A DNA stretch of 64,000 nucleotides from an uncultured Nitrososphaeraceae archaeon (lineage in GTDB: Archaea; Thermoproteota; Nitrososphaeria; Nitrososphaerales; Nitrososphaeraceae): contig CAVXZB010000088.1 of NCBI GenBank assembly GCA_963765895.1, positions 64,001-128,000 on the forward strand, read 5' to 3'. The notes under the pieces are model-generated. The model did not search any database, was not told the DNA's origin, and worked only from the letters and a program-made list of their open reading frames with translations. A program made the position numbers and the translations under genes. Below are positions 1 through 11,106 of the stretch, in pieces. Positions within the stretch are counted from its first letter, which is position 1. Each line of letters opens with the position of its first letter.

Positions 1-309
1 AAGCCATTACTAGGTAGATGGATTGGTTGGAAAGTGGTTATATACAATATCGATAATGATACGGTAAAAATGGAATCTTACCTTGATGATGAAAATAACA
101 ATCAATGGAAGAAAGTTACTGGCTTCGTGGACAATGGCGGATGGTATGCCAACACTGATGACGTTACCTTCTTTAGTGCAGGTTGTGGGAAACCGAAAGA
201 CTATGTAATTACAAATCCCGGAGACTTGGTAACGTTCAGAACAGATAATATAATTTGGGATTTCAAAAATCTGAGTGTTAGAGAAATAAGATCTCCATAT
301 CCAATTTAG
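1..309 (+). CDS. C-terminal part of a thaumarchaeal secreted beta-sandwich (ConA/lyase-like) protein; 5' end outside the window
   Basis: Frame open from base 1 (KPLLGRWIGWKVVIYN...DNGGW...CG...VTFRTDN...FKNLSVREI); pattern recalled from a Nitrososphaera secreted family. Confidence 0.6.
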   Translation, partial: KPLLGRWIGWKVVIYNIDNDTVKMESYLDDENNNQWKKVTGFVDNGGWYANTDDVTFFSAGCGKPKDYVITNPGDLVTFRTDNIIWDFKNLSVREIRSPYPI

Positions 310-1232
310 CATTAGATGATATGATATTTGTTCGATAGCCTTAATGACCCAATAAGGATATTTTTTTACGTCGCAGATGTGATCAATATTTGAGTACGTT
401 AGATTGCGAGAGTTTCCTGGGTTCGCATTCAGCCGATTGATTTCTTTAAATTCTGGAAAATATTTTATGAAGGGTATTATCTAATCTTAGCCGTGTGTAC
501 TAGAATTGATGGGTCATAATGTCTAACACGATGACTACCGTACGCAACTTGATGCCATAATTGGAACAAAACCTAAACAACACAATTGCTAACTATATAC
601 AGGTAGATAAATAGCTGGAAAAATAATGTAATAAATATTAAAACCAAGCCTAGCATTGTCCGGCCAAGGGAATCTAGTATATAGAGATATATTATATGGA
701 TGTAACCGTTTTACTGATTGTACTAGTATAAATTAAGAATCATAAGTATTGTAGGACATGCTAGATTAAAAATGAGATCCGATCGTAATAATTTCGATCA
801 ATAGTTCGAGATACTATATATTTTCTAAAAAATGAATTAGCAGCCTCCTATCACACTGAAAATCACGTGACATCTAAGATGCATATAAAATATGCCAACT
901 TCAGATAACTCGATATACATTATATCCCGGATGAAATCAAACTATTTCGAACTGGATGATGGGTTTGTAAGGGAAATATGGAGTGGAGTGCAGGGAGTCC
1001 TGGCATATTCGAACGATTAAACTATAAATTCTATAACAATTCAGGTTAATATTTTAATAGCTTCCTCTAATCAAATATAACAAGTAAGAAAATAACCGAG
1101 TCTCTATGTTTTCTTATTCACTCCCTTGAAATATTTATTTAAATCATATGCAGATAAGGCTCCATCATACAGGCAATGAACCATGAATACTACCCAAAAT
1201 CGAAGGCTATTAACAGGTTATAAATAACAAAT

Positions 1233-1703
1233 TTATGAAACGAAAATGTCTGTAGGCGAGATATGCCTATGACTTTGACTACCGGCATGACCACTATTGC
1301 TATGATTGTGATCATGCTCGGTACCAAAATTTGAATTAGAGGAACCAACACCACTAGCAAATACAATATTATAGCAATTATCAACCTCTTCTCTACTCGG
1401 CTCTCCATTAGTTCCACCAGTATGACCGGTCTTCTTAATGCATTTAAAAAATTGGTTAACATGATGGTCTAATTCTCCGTTTCCGGAATTTAATGCTATT
1501 AAAGGCACTGCGCCCCCGTGGCCTTCTGAGCTCCCTATTACTTCACTTTTCGCATTCGCTATAAAGTACGCGGCATATGGGGTAAGCACGTATGCATTTG
1601 TCCATCCAGCTATAATTAACACCATTGATATTAGTATCGATACAAAGACAAAAGTGACTGAACGGTGCGGTGTATATCCATAATTACAAGTAATATTAGT
1701 CAT
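1233..1703 (-). CDS. Hypothetical secreted/membrane-anchored protein with His/Ser-rich tail
   Basis: 156-aa ORF with an N-terminal hydrophobic segment and a Cys pair (FFKCI...VDNCY). Confidence 0.6.
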   Translation of the reverse strand: MTNITCNYGYTPHRSVTFVFVSILISMVLIIAGWTNAYVLTPYAAYFIANAKSEVIGSSEGHGGAVPLIALNSGNGELDHHVNQFFKCIKKTGHTGGTNGEPSREEVDNCYNIVFASGVGSSNSNFGTEHDHNHSNSGHAGSQSHRHISPTDIFVS

Positions 1704-1908
1704 CGCCTAATACGCAATTCTTTAAATAATATTTAAGGTTAAGTTGAAAAACGTTAGTAAAATAGAGGGGTAATGATATTCAAGACACATTCAATATAAT
1801 ATTATCTATTACAATATTAAATATATTCATACTGATTATTTTTATGCAGTATTAGTCCATATGTACATTAGTTAATTATGATACAGCAATTAGATCCGTA
1901 TTTCATAT

Positions 1909-2166
1909 ATGATAATATGTGCACGCTCTTTCGGTGTATATATTATTTTATTAGAGCAAAACAAAATCACACTACTTACAATCGGTCTTTTACTAATCAC
2001 ATCCCTTATAGTGGCTTCCAGCTTTAGCTATCCGGCATTTGCATTGACGAGATATTTTAATTGCGTTATAAGAGAAGTAAATAAAAATGGAAAATTTTCC
2101 ATTGCTGACGCTAATATTTGTTATGACAAAGAATTCCCTCACAGCGGGAGTAATAGCAATCGATAA
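1909..2166 (+). CDS. Small secreted hypothetical protein
   Basis: Signal-like hydrophobic stretch ending YPAFA, then a Cys pair (YFNCV...ANICYDKEF) spaced like that of 1233..1703; start uncertain. Confidence 0.55.
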   Translation: MIICARSFGVYIILLEQNKITLLTIGLLLITSLIVASSFSYPAFALTRYFNCVIREVNKNGKFSIADANICYDKEFPHSGSNSNR

Positions 2167-2634
2167 GAGATAATACCTAGAAAGTTACTCGTTATATTCG
2201 CCACCGCAGTTCCCTTCTCATGTTTGTAATATTTTATCCCCTTGAACGTTTTAGACCAGTTATTCCATACAATCATCAACCATGTAGACATAAATTCTTG
2301 ATTTGAATCTACTATATTGATTCTGGTAATTTAAGGTGTAATTCAAAGCATTGATAACAAAAGTAAATGACGGGCAATCTAGCTCAATTTATTTCAACTT
2401 GAATATCAACGTTCAAGATATATCATCAGCATCCTGACAAAAACTAGTGACTGCTGAGTTTCCAACGATCGAGGATATTCTTACCTGCCTATCAAGTAGC
2501 TTATAGTATGTATACTATTACATAGGGGCAATTGTTAACAAGATTATAGATGACTACCTAAAAATGTGGGTTTAGATTAGAATGGGATAATAAGTGGATC
2601 ATCACAATCAAACTACGAGAAGGGGCAATCCATA

Positions 2635-3480
2635 ATGATAAATGCAAACCAGATCTATGAGGAAGATTGTCTCACTTTCATGGAGAAGCTGAGCAATCAG
2701 AACACGTTTGTAGACGTTATTGTCACTTCTCCTCCGTATAATATAAACAAAGAATATAGAACATATGACGATAATAAGAAAAAAGATGATTACTTCGCTT
2801 GGTTAGAAGAAGTGGGGAAAAAAATTAAATCTGTACTTAAAAACGATGGATCTTTTTTTTTGAATATATCTGGCCGACCCTCTGACCCAGCGTTACCTTT
2901 TGACTTGGCCGTAAGGCTCACCAAAAATGTAGACTTTAATTTACAAAACACGATTCACTGGATAAAATCAGTGTCGGTCGATCCGGAAGATATTGGTAGG
3001 AATAATGGATTTCATAATAGCGACAATATATCCATTGGTCATTTTAAGCCAATTGTTAGCGACAGGTACCTAAGTGATCTTCATGAATACATCTTTCACT
3101 TTACTAAGAATGGGAATGTAAAATTAGAAAAATTAAAGATTGGCGTAACCTACCAAGATAAAACAAATATAGGTAGATGGAAGACTGCGACTAGAGATAG
3201 ACGAGACAGAGGCAACGTATGGTTCATACCTTATCCAACAGTTCAGGAAGCTAGACCACATCCGGCAGTCTTTCCAGTTAAGCTACCTGAACGCTGCATA
3301 CAATTACACGGAATTAAGAAGAATATGCTTGTTTACGATCCCTTCATAGGAATAGGTAGTACGGCTCTGGCTTGCATTCATCTTAAGGTTAACTATATTG
3401 GTACTGAAATAGACTCACAGTATATCGGAATAGCAAAACAACGAATTTCTGGCTATCTGCAAACGAATTTTTCAAAATGA
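2635..3480 (+). CDS. Site-specific DNA amino-methyltransferase (N4-C/N6-A, beta class), orphan
   Basis: Motif IV TSPPY near the N-terminus, HPAVFP, and motif I YDPFIGIGST near the C-terminus (beta order); no adjacent endonuclease ORF. Confidence 0.92.
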   Translation: MINANQIYEEDCLTFMEKLSNQNTFVDVIVTSPPYNINKEYRTYDDNKKKDDYFAWLEEVGKKIKSVLKNDGSFFLNISGRPSDPALPFDLAVRLTKNVDFNLQNTIHWIKSVSVDPEDIGRNNGFHNSDNISIGHFKPIVSDRYLSDLHEYIFHFTKNGNVKLEKLKIGVTYQDKTNIGRWKTATRDRRDRGNVWFIPYPTVQEARPHPAVFPVKLPERCIQLHGIKKNMLVYDPFIGIGSTALACIHLKVNYIGTEIDSQYIGIAKQRISGYLQTNFSK

Positions 3481-4510
3481 CGCTGAATTAACATAAAGAA
3501 TACAAGATTGCTGCAAAGGGTATTAAAATTGCAGCAAATGTAAAATCAATCAACAATATAATAAAGAGTCAATTCTAAGTCGTTTCTAAAACTCAAAAGT
3601 ATTATATTACAAAATGTATGGTCACAAATTTTGCTCAAAATTTTTAATGCTGGATCTTCATACAAATCAGGGATCCGAGATCAAAAGAGCTAAGGACCAA
3701 ATGCATATCTGATTAGTGGACTTGCAAGGACTGGCAATGACGCCAAGACATCTAAACTAATATGCTATGTATTAGCAGTTAGTAGCTATTCTTAAAGCTA
3801 TTCAATCTCACTCTTGCACAACCAAAAAAAGAATTACATATCATCTCATTTGTACTTCAGATTTGTACTATTTATGAGTGGTAAAGACCTGTTCTAAATT
3901 ATAAAATGACACGAGGAGAGTAATTAGCGCTAGATTACTTAGCCTTATATTCAGTGATGTGAAATAGGGATTTTAATATATGACTATTGTCGATAATCTT
4001 TGTATGGACGTTCATGGTCACCATAGCGTTATTCATGCCGCTAGGCTCATATATGAATTGCAATACTGATTGATCTAATATGTGTAAATTATTATTATTG
4101 TTAATGAATGTCAATGTTGTATGTCCAGCCTTTCTCGATCTTTAGGTTTCGACTTAGCAATAGAGCAGATTGTTACCTATGCGAAAAACATTACTCAGTG
4201 CTGTTACGTTTTAGTGATGAATCATATCTACAGTTAATTGTGAAATAATTATGATTGAAAATATGTTACCTTTCCGCATGCTGAATTTTGTGTTATTGAT
4301 CCAAAAGCGGTTTTGCCTGTAGACTGAGAACCAACTTATTGGCCACTATGGTATTAACAGACTAGGCTTGATTCATCCCTCTTCTAAATTGTTGTGGGAA
4401 AATATTCAGTGGTCATATGCATAAGATGAGTCAACTGTGCAAAAATTGCGCATTGTAGTTTTAGTCTCATAGCATATTATATATTATATTAAAAGAACAA
4501 TTAGTCAAAG

Positions 4511-5038
4511 ATGAAGTGGTTAATTCTACTTTTACTAGTGTTAATAGCAATCCTAATTGTCTCTCTGGAGCAACCTAATTTCGGCAATGTTTATTCACAG
4601 AAAACAAACAAGACAATTTCAAGTAATGGCCTGCTTGACCTTTTTGGCAACGGCTTGAACAGTCTGAATAATGAGTTAGGGTATTCCATCACTCTAGATG
4701 GCAATCAAATATTTCCTAATAGTACTCTTAAAGATAAAATAATAAATGGACATCAACAGTCTACTTATAATATTTCTAGCTTGAAATACAATCTTCTCGG
4801 CTATCAAATTGCAGCACATGATATAAAAATTCGAGTTAATCCTTCAGCAATTGATTCAACAAGGACAAGAGTTGACATACCGTTAATGTTGGCAAAAAAC
4901 GTGACCGTGACTGATGGCATCAACCAAAATTATGATAAAGTTGACTTGGGATCAATATGGGGTATATATGATAAGTCAAATAACAAAATGGTAGTCCATA
5001 TTCCTGTTGGATTAGCGCTAAAATATTTGCATTTATAG
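4511..5038 (+). CDS. Secreted hypothetical protein
   Basis: 175-aa ORF with a signal peptide (MKWLILLLLVLIAILIVS) and a beta-rich body. Confidence 0.7.
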   Translation: MKWLILLLLVLIAILIVSLEQPNFGNVYSQKTNKTISSNGLLDLFGNGLNSLNNELGYSITLDGNQIFPNSTLKDKIINGHQQSTYNISSLKYNLLGYQIAAHDIKIRVNPSAIDSTRTRVDIPLMLAKNVTVTDGINQNYDKVDLGSIWGIYDKSNNKMVVHIPVGLALKYLHL

Positions 5039-5136
5039 TAACATTGAAATAAAAAGCGCAGTCATAATCAAATTTTTTGTAGCAGGGAAATAAAAATATG
5101 TCCTAGTATAGATATCGAAGAGGCAAGAAATATAGT

Positions 5137-5367
5137 ATGCATGATAAAATCCTAATGAGGAAATCATACTATAATAAGGGCAATCTGATTGATACTCTTG
5201 AATTGGTTGGACAGAGACAAGCCATTGGGATACTAGGGATGGTCTTTGCAGTATTAGGGGGCGTCGCATGGTTTCTTCGACAAAATATAGTAGCTATAAT
5301 GTTATGGGGAGTAGCTGGTTTAATATTACTCAAATTAAATAAGCGAGCTAAGCCGAGGAGGGGGTAA
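5137..5367 (+). CDS. Small two-TM membrane protein
   Basis: Two hydrophobic helices and a basic C-terminus; true start probably downstream. Confidence 0.6.
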   Translation: MHDKILMRKSYYNKGNLIDTLELVGQRQAIGILGMVFAVLGGVAWFLRQNIVAIMLWGVAGLILLKLNKRAKPRRG

Positions 5368-5767
5368 TAATATTAAGTAAATTGCTACATTGGAAGTATC
5401 CAGTAAACCAAGCTAGTCCAATTACTCTAATTATGATTCACGTTTTTAGTACCATGGTTCTATCAGACTTGCTCTCATTCGAATTACTAGAATTTGGGAA
5501 AACGACATTAACAATTTCTTATTTACCTTGAAAAGGCATAAAATGCCATTTCAAATTCTTCACAAGAAATAGTATGAGATAAATTGGCGTTTAAAATATT
5601 TTAGCCATTCTGTGGACTATCTAATCCAACAGATTGCTGCGCATTCCTCCTTGTTTTTTGTATATTTGAACAGTATTCTGTATCTGACCGCATGATTAGG
5701 CCACATATACTCGAAGTCTCGTTATTAACTTTAGTATGTTAAATAATAGTCATGCAACACCGGAATA

Positions 5768-6115
5768 TTAAATGGTTTTGAGGATAGATTGTATAATTTT
5801 CACATGATCCGCCTGTATTTCTGTAGTAACTAAAAGCAAATGACCCTCCTTCAGTGGTATTGTTATGCGTTTGATCTTCTCGTACTCAGTCATTGAATAT
5901 TTACCATAACCTATTTTTGGAGATAGGGTATTCCGCAAGCCCCATCTAGCCAATGCTTGTAGATTTGATCTTTTCGTTTCATCTGCTGAGAGTAGATTCT
6001 GTATGCCATCAGCGTGACCCCCGTGTTTTATCTCTCCGGTATGATCGCAAATTCCAGCAAAACGGATCTGCGGATCAATTTCGAGTATACTTTTACATAG
6101 CGTGTCAAAATCCAT
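5768..6115 (-). CDS. Roadblock/LC7 (profilin-like) thaumarchaeal protein
   Basis: ILEIDPQIRFAGI...G...LG(Y)GKYSMTEYEKIKRITIPL...LLVTTE pattern. Confidence 0.8.
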   Translation of the reverse strand: MDFDTLCKSILEIDPQIRFAGICDHTGEIKHGGHADGIQNLLSADETKRSNLQALARWGLRNTLSPKIGYGKYSMTEYEKIKRITIPLKEGHLLLVTTEIQADHVKIIQSILKTI

Positions 6116-6335
6116 ATTTCTATTGTGTAACTATAATTAGGATTCTAATAAGTATTCTTACTTTCGAATACAACACATAAACCCTGTGGAAAATCGATAA
6201 TCCATAGATCGTATTCGGTACTTAAACCAGGTACACTACACGATATTAGACATAAGGCAGTAAATGAGTCAATCATATTCCTAGAAGTACAAATAAATAT
6301 CATTTTAGCCCCACATAGACTACGCTTCTGTTATA

Positions 6336-7273
6336 GGCTTAGAATATCATCATATTATCAGATTAGTCAGCCTATACATATTCCACGTTACTTCCAAATG
6401 ATAATTCCCTGTTCTGTATTTTAGTTAATCTAGACATAATATGCACTCTAAATAGTCTTTTTATGATAGACATTATGATTACATCGTTGTTTCATTGATT
6501 ATACAGCACTTTGGAATAACCACGTTTCATCTGCTTTCTATACATAGCATGTGTTCTCCATATTGGTACATATTCGTATCGAGCAGGGATTATAATGAAT
6601 GCATGCAAGTGCTCCCTTGCTAAAAGAGATTATCTTCACTATCATATCCCTCAGCAGCTGTACCTTCGGACGGTGGAAGGATATTTTGATGTACTTATTA
6701 TAATTGGTTTGAAATCTATGTTGTCATGTCTTGTAGGAGCTCATCTTGTCATTTGTACGTATAATTTGTTGTAATACGTCTCTGCTCCAATTGATAATTT
6801 AGCAAATTTTATTCTCAATTCTGTGCGTCGGGTATATACTGTAAAACATGATATCTTAATTCCCGTCGAATCTATAACTGCAAAGATTTTGCTTGGTGTC
6901 GCTAATCACAATGAAACACAAAATTATCTTTATCGAGCAGTGAATAGTTAATTCTATCTATAAATTTGTGCAATGTTGTAAGATGAGGAATATGTGATAA
7001 TCGCTAAAAACAATCTAAGGTAATGGGCTTCAATTAACTACTCAATAAACATCCTATAACTCTACCTTAGCACTGTCTATTCTGAGAAATATTAAATGCT
7101 GCCATGTTGAAGACATGAATGCTCTTTCGATGAGGGAATAACCGTATCCTTGAATTTCTCAAAACACGGCACACGGTATTTGCCAACCTAACATATCTTG
7201 ATTCTTTTAAAATTAATATTGCATTACGCTCATATAAAGCTCTGGCTGTTTTGGTACTTGTTTCTATGGATCC
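6336..7273 (-). mobile_element. Decayed IS5-family element (copy 1), transposase pseudogene
   Basis: Reverse complement aligns by eye along its length with 24520..25463; degenerate end GGATCCATAGAAAC; fragments LKESRYVRLAN...LRNSRI; many stops and indels. Confidence 0.85.
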
Positions 7274-7322
7274 CTGCAATGAAATAGTTTAAAATCAAGG
7301 CCAACATAGCAGCAATGTAGAA

Positions 7323-7769
7323 TTGGCTGAAGATTCAAATACTTTAACCGACTGGATTGAAATTCCAACAACATTTACAACAAAATGCTCTGAATGTGAT
7401 TATGATATAACGCCCGGTTTGGCACTTTGGTCAAAATCTGCCAAATTGACCAAGCATTTAACCTGTAAGAAAAAGCAGTATTTGTTGAATGAGCGGTATT
7501 CAGAGCATAAAATCTCAACTGCGGACGTTGTAGGGTCATCAAGCCGAGGCTGGATACCAAAAACAGAGACAATTGAATTAAAGTGTTTTATATGTGGGCA
7601 TTTAGCTGGGTGTCAAAGATGCAGATTCACAAATTCCTGTGATAGGGAGATCGTGTCCCAATTATGCGTATGCGAGGTATGTATGGGTCAAATGCTTGAG
7701 AATGATTCAACGTCATTGAATCTATATCAGAAGGCATTCATTAAGAAAGCGAAGATTACCACAGATTAG
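7323..7769 (+). CDS. Cys-rich putative multi-zinc-binding protein
   Basis: CSEC...HLTC, then CFIC, CQRC, C, CVCEVC. Confidence 0.75.
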   Translation: MAEDSNTLTDWIEIPTTFTTKCSECDYDITPGLALWSKSAKLTKHLTCKKKQYLLNERYSEHKISTADVVGSSSRGWIPKTETIELKCFICGHLAGCQRCRFTNSCDREIVSQLCVCEVCMGQMLENDSTSLNLYQKAFIKKAKITTD

Positions 7770-8210
7770 GCTTATTGTGTGGTTTCCAAAGAGGAGGACT
7801 TCCGTTTGAATGCTTATTCAAAGTTCTAAAGCGGACAACGAAATTATGTAGATAGAAGATACAGAATTAATAAAAGGCCAAAAATTAATCTGTCAATATT
7901 ATTCTAGAATCTGCGAAGATAGAAGACAGACAGAAACAGATTCGTTACCTATACATAAGAAAGCGATAGTGAATGATATGTTTATCGCTAATGAAGTTCT
8001 TCGGCGTATGGTATGCGGACTGATTGACTCTGCTTTTAGGAAGAAAAGTAAGGTCAATTCCGCATTAGATAAGTTAGAGTATAGATCAGGCATTAACTAT
8101 GGATCACAATTTGTATCATTCAATATTCGATCAGACCACAATACTCTTTTGTGGCTTGGGCATAAAACAAACATAGTTGTTAAATAGCACTTAGAAAGTG
8201 TAGTAGACTA

Positions 8211-8618
8211 TTGAGAAAAAGCGAAAGTGCAAAGCTTTCAGAGCCTAAGAACTAACAAACTAGTGGGGAAAAATGCGAAATCTTGAATATTTGGGAGGTA
8301 TTGGGCAGAAGGTGGGCATTAGCAATACTAAAGAATCTTAGGCAGCAAAGAGGTAATACGTTTTAATGAGCTCAAAAAAATATGTTGTCTGGAATTAGCA
8401 GGACCGTCTTGGCAGCGAGACTGTTAGAGTTAGAGCGTGAAGGATTAGTTTCAAAAAAAATTTATCCGCAGATTCCCCTGAAGGTAGAATATCGTCTGAC
8501 ACTGCAAGCAAAGCAATTGGAAGTAATTTTACGAGACTTAAGCAGGTGGGCACGTAGTTGGAGAGCACCGGAAATCACAGCCACAAAAACGAAGGAATAT
8601 ACATATAAAATAAAATAA
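8211..8618 (+). pseudogene. HxlR-family winged-helix regulator, disrupted
   Basis: Upstream frames give CEILNIWEVLGRRWALAIL and IRFNELKK; ORF 8382 gives GISRTVLAARLLELEREGLVSKKIYPQIPLKVEYRLT; one apparent stop and two frameshifts. Confidence 0.75.
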
Positions 8619-8895
8619 GATACAAAGGCTTCGCATACAATATTTCAGAGAGAATTCTCCATCTAACTCATTAGTTCAAAATAGATATGATTAAATGTTC
8701 TTGGTCATAGATGGTCTTATCCAAATAAAAATAATCTAGTGTAAAAAATGTATTTCAATCTAGTCTATATTAAGTAGATTAGAGAGAAATGATATCCGAA
8801 TTTATTCCATCTGTAAATTATACCGCAGTACTCACTTTACTTCTTAGCCCCGTTTTACATGCAAGGTGTACCATTTATGAATACAGATAACTGGC

Positions 8896-9249
8896 TTAAA
8901 TCCTCCTTTTGGGACCGGCAGTATCTGGCTCAATCACGTCAAGCTCATTAAGTACTTTGACCACGCCTGGCGTATTCCATACAGTTTGTCCTGCTAAAGC
9001 TCTGTCTTCATATGTTTTGACTTTACCTGAAAGTGTCACTGTCGCATCAAAAACTGAGACACTGACATTAACTTCTGGATGGCTACCTAGATTTTTCTCA
9101 ATGTTGAAAATGATATCCTCTTTTAACTGTTCATCATTCTTGCGACCTGGCAGCTCACCATTGGTATAAGGATGGCTTCCAAAAACGTATCCTGCATAAT
9201 AATCTTTGGCCGGCTCTTTTCTAGGCTCTTCTTCCTCCTTTTCCCGCAT
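8896..9249 (-). CDS. BON domain protein
   Basis: D..L...I...VNVSVSVFDATVTLSGKVKTYEDRALA...WNTPGVVKVLNELDV. Confidence 0.9.
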   Translation of the reverse strand: MREKEEEEPRKEPAKDYYAGYVFGSHPYTNGELPGRKNDEQLKEDIIFNIEKNLGSHPEVNVSVSVFDATVTLSGKVKTYEDRALAGQTVWNTPGVVKVLNELDVIEPDTAGPKRRI

Positions 9250-9641
9250 GCTGAATGATTCGCCAAAGATATTTATATATGCTTACAACAATCGTTGAGT
9301 TATTTAGATTATATGACTCTTGAGTTATTCAAATAATGGTCATTCTTCTTTGAGGTCGGCTTTTTTTATCGCAACAAATTCCCTCCTTAACCTAAAAATG
9401 CATTCATGATGACTTCAGCTAACCATGACAGCTTGACTTCTAGACCACAGACTATACATACTACACCTCAAATAGTAATCAGTTGCAATACGCTTTTGAT
9501 GCGGCTGACTTAGTAATTTCTTACTGATAAAGTATCTTAGGATCGAGTTCAGCAGTCTCCCCAGATATGTCATGGAGGATAACAGGAATAACTTTGAATG
9601 GTATAAACAGAAACGATCCAACAGACAATAACTTGTATTTC

Positions 9642-10055
9642 TTAGGATACCCTCACTTCACTAATATATTTTTGGATTGTCACAGCAAGATTGCCTACGG
9701 AAACCGGCTTTTGGATGAATTCATCAATTTTTATAGATGGCAAGGCCCTTGAGAACTCAAGATCGTTTATTTCAAATGCAGTCATTAGAAAAATCTTTAC
9801 TTCAGGTTTCATTTCTTTTACCTTCTTAACAAATTCATAGCCATTCATAGTTGGCATTCTAATATCTGACACAATTATTGCATATCGTTCGCGATTTATC
9901 TTAAAATGTTCCAACGCCAATAGCGGATCCGTAAAGCCAAAAATATTTAGACCGTATTTTTCCAAGCCCATTCTAAATATATTAATAACATCAAAATCAT
10001 CATCAAGCGCCAAGATAAAAGGTCTAGAATCAGCTTCGAAATTCGGCCTTCTCAT
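9642..10055 (-). CDS. Stand-alone response regulator receiver domain
   Basis: LDDD, SDIRMPTMNGYEF, MTAF and FIQKP motifs. Confidence 0.92.
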   Translation of the reverse strand: MRRPNFEADSRPFILALDDDFDVINIFRMGLEKYGLNIFGFTDPLLALEHFKINRERYAIIVSDIRMPTMNGYEFVKKVKEMKPEVKIFLMTAFEINDLEFSRALPSIKIDEFIQKPVSVGNLAVTIQKYISEVRVS

Positions 10056-10772
10056 AATACTCTAATGAGGACATGCATATACTTAAATCATATGTTTGAC
10101 AACACGCAGGTAAGATTTTGATAACATTAAATCCTCCTTAGGAATGTTTGTGCTCAATAATAAGGCAGCGAATGAGTTTAATCAATTCCATATATAACTT
10201 TTCATATTCGATAGTATCGTGTATCTTTAACATTGAAATCATAGAGACTAAAACCCATATAACGCAGTCAGTAAAATGTCAGTTCACAAGTAATTTTATA
10301 ATGTGCCAAACATTAATTTAATGCGAATATTCAGACTATTTGCATACCAAAGGAAGTTTTGGATTATATGGGATCTGCATTATAAGAAACGTTTTCTCCA
10401 AGAAATAATGCACGATAATCCGTCCAATTATTCATAGGATATTGGAAATTAAACCAATCAGTAACGGTAAGTTTCATTTTAGTAGGTATTACAACCGCCT
10501 CCACAATACACGCTCAAAGTAATCTCGCAATCATTGACAACAAAAAATAGAGATACAAAATGCCTATAAAAAAAGGCAGACATTATAAAATGGAGATCAG
10601 AATGGAGCACTAATACATTTGTTGGTCGCAGAGCAGAAAATAGTTTTGATCTATCTAAAATTAGGAATCATAACGAGATCTTAGAGATGATATAATGATC
10701 CATCTTGTCTATTTATACATCCTTTCAAGATATTGTGTGTCGTTTATAAAGGAGTATCCGTAAAAGGATAAA

Positions 10773-10931
10773 ATGGAAGATAAAAATGAATATGAAATTA
10801 ATCTTCTTTTAGATAAAGATAGATACCATGCTCTCTTAGATATTTGTGTAAAATATGAAGAACAACAGGGTGTGGAACTAACTCCTAAGGAATACATACT
10901 GATGTTAATAGATTCGGCGATCAAAAAGTGA
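10773..10931 (+). CDS. 52-aa microprotein, possibly ribbon-helix-helix-like (not in ORF track)
   Basis: Hand translation MEDKNEYEINLLLDKDRYHALLDICVKYEEQQGVELTPKEYILMLIDSAIKK; TTTATAAA about 25 nt upstream. Confidence 0.6.
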   Translation: MEDKNEYEINLLLDKDRYHALLDICVKYEEQQGVELTPKEYILMLIDSAIKK

Positions 10932-11106
10932 AGATATATGTTCGACTGGCTTAATCAAAACTTACCTAATCAGAACTAATTGGAAATACTAGGATTTTTA
11001 TTCGGGACATCCCAATTTTGCGGTATCACTTGCTTTCGCATTTTATGACTAATTATGCCAAAGAATTAGGTCAGGCGGTAAGCATTAACTATTAGCAAGA
11101 AATCGA

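Noticed and set aside
5528-5554. Inverted repeat TTGAAAAGGCAT-aaa-ATGCCATTTCAA between convergent genes
   Set aside because: Single AT-rich imperfect hairpin far from both stop codons; no second copy seen, so function is unsupported
5583-5602. Short similarity to 53108-53125 (ATTGGCGTT...AAATATTTT), possible MITE relic
   Set aside because: Too short and AT-rich, and the flanks do not align
7899-8187. Short overlapping ORFs 7899..8093 and 7969..8187
   Set aside because: No recognisable motifs and they overlap antisense; probably spurious
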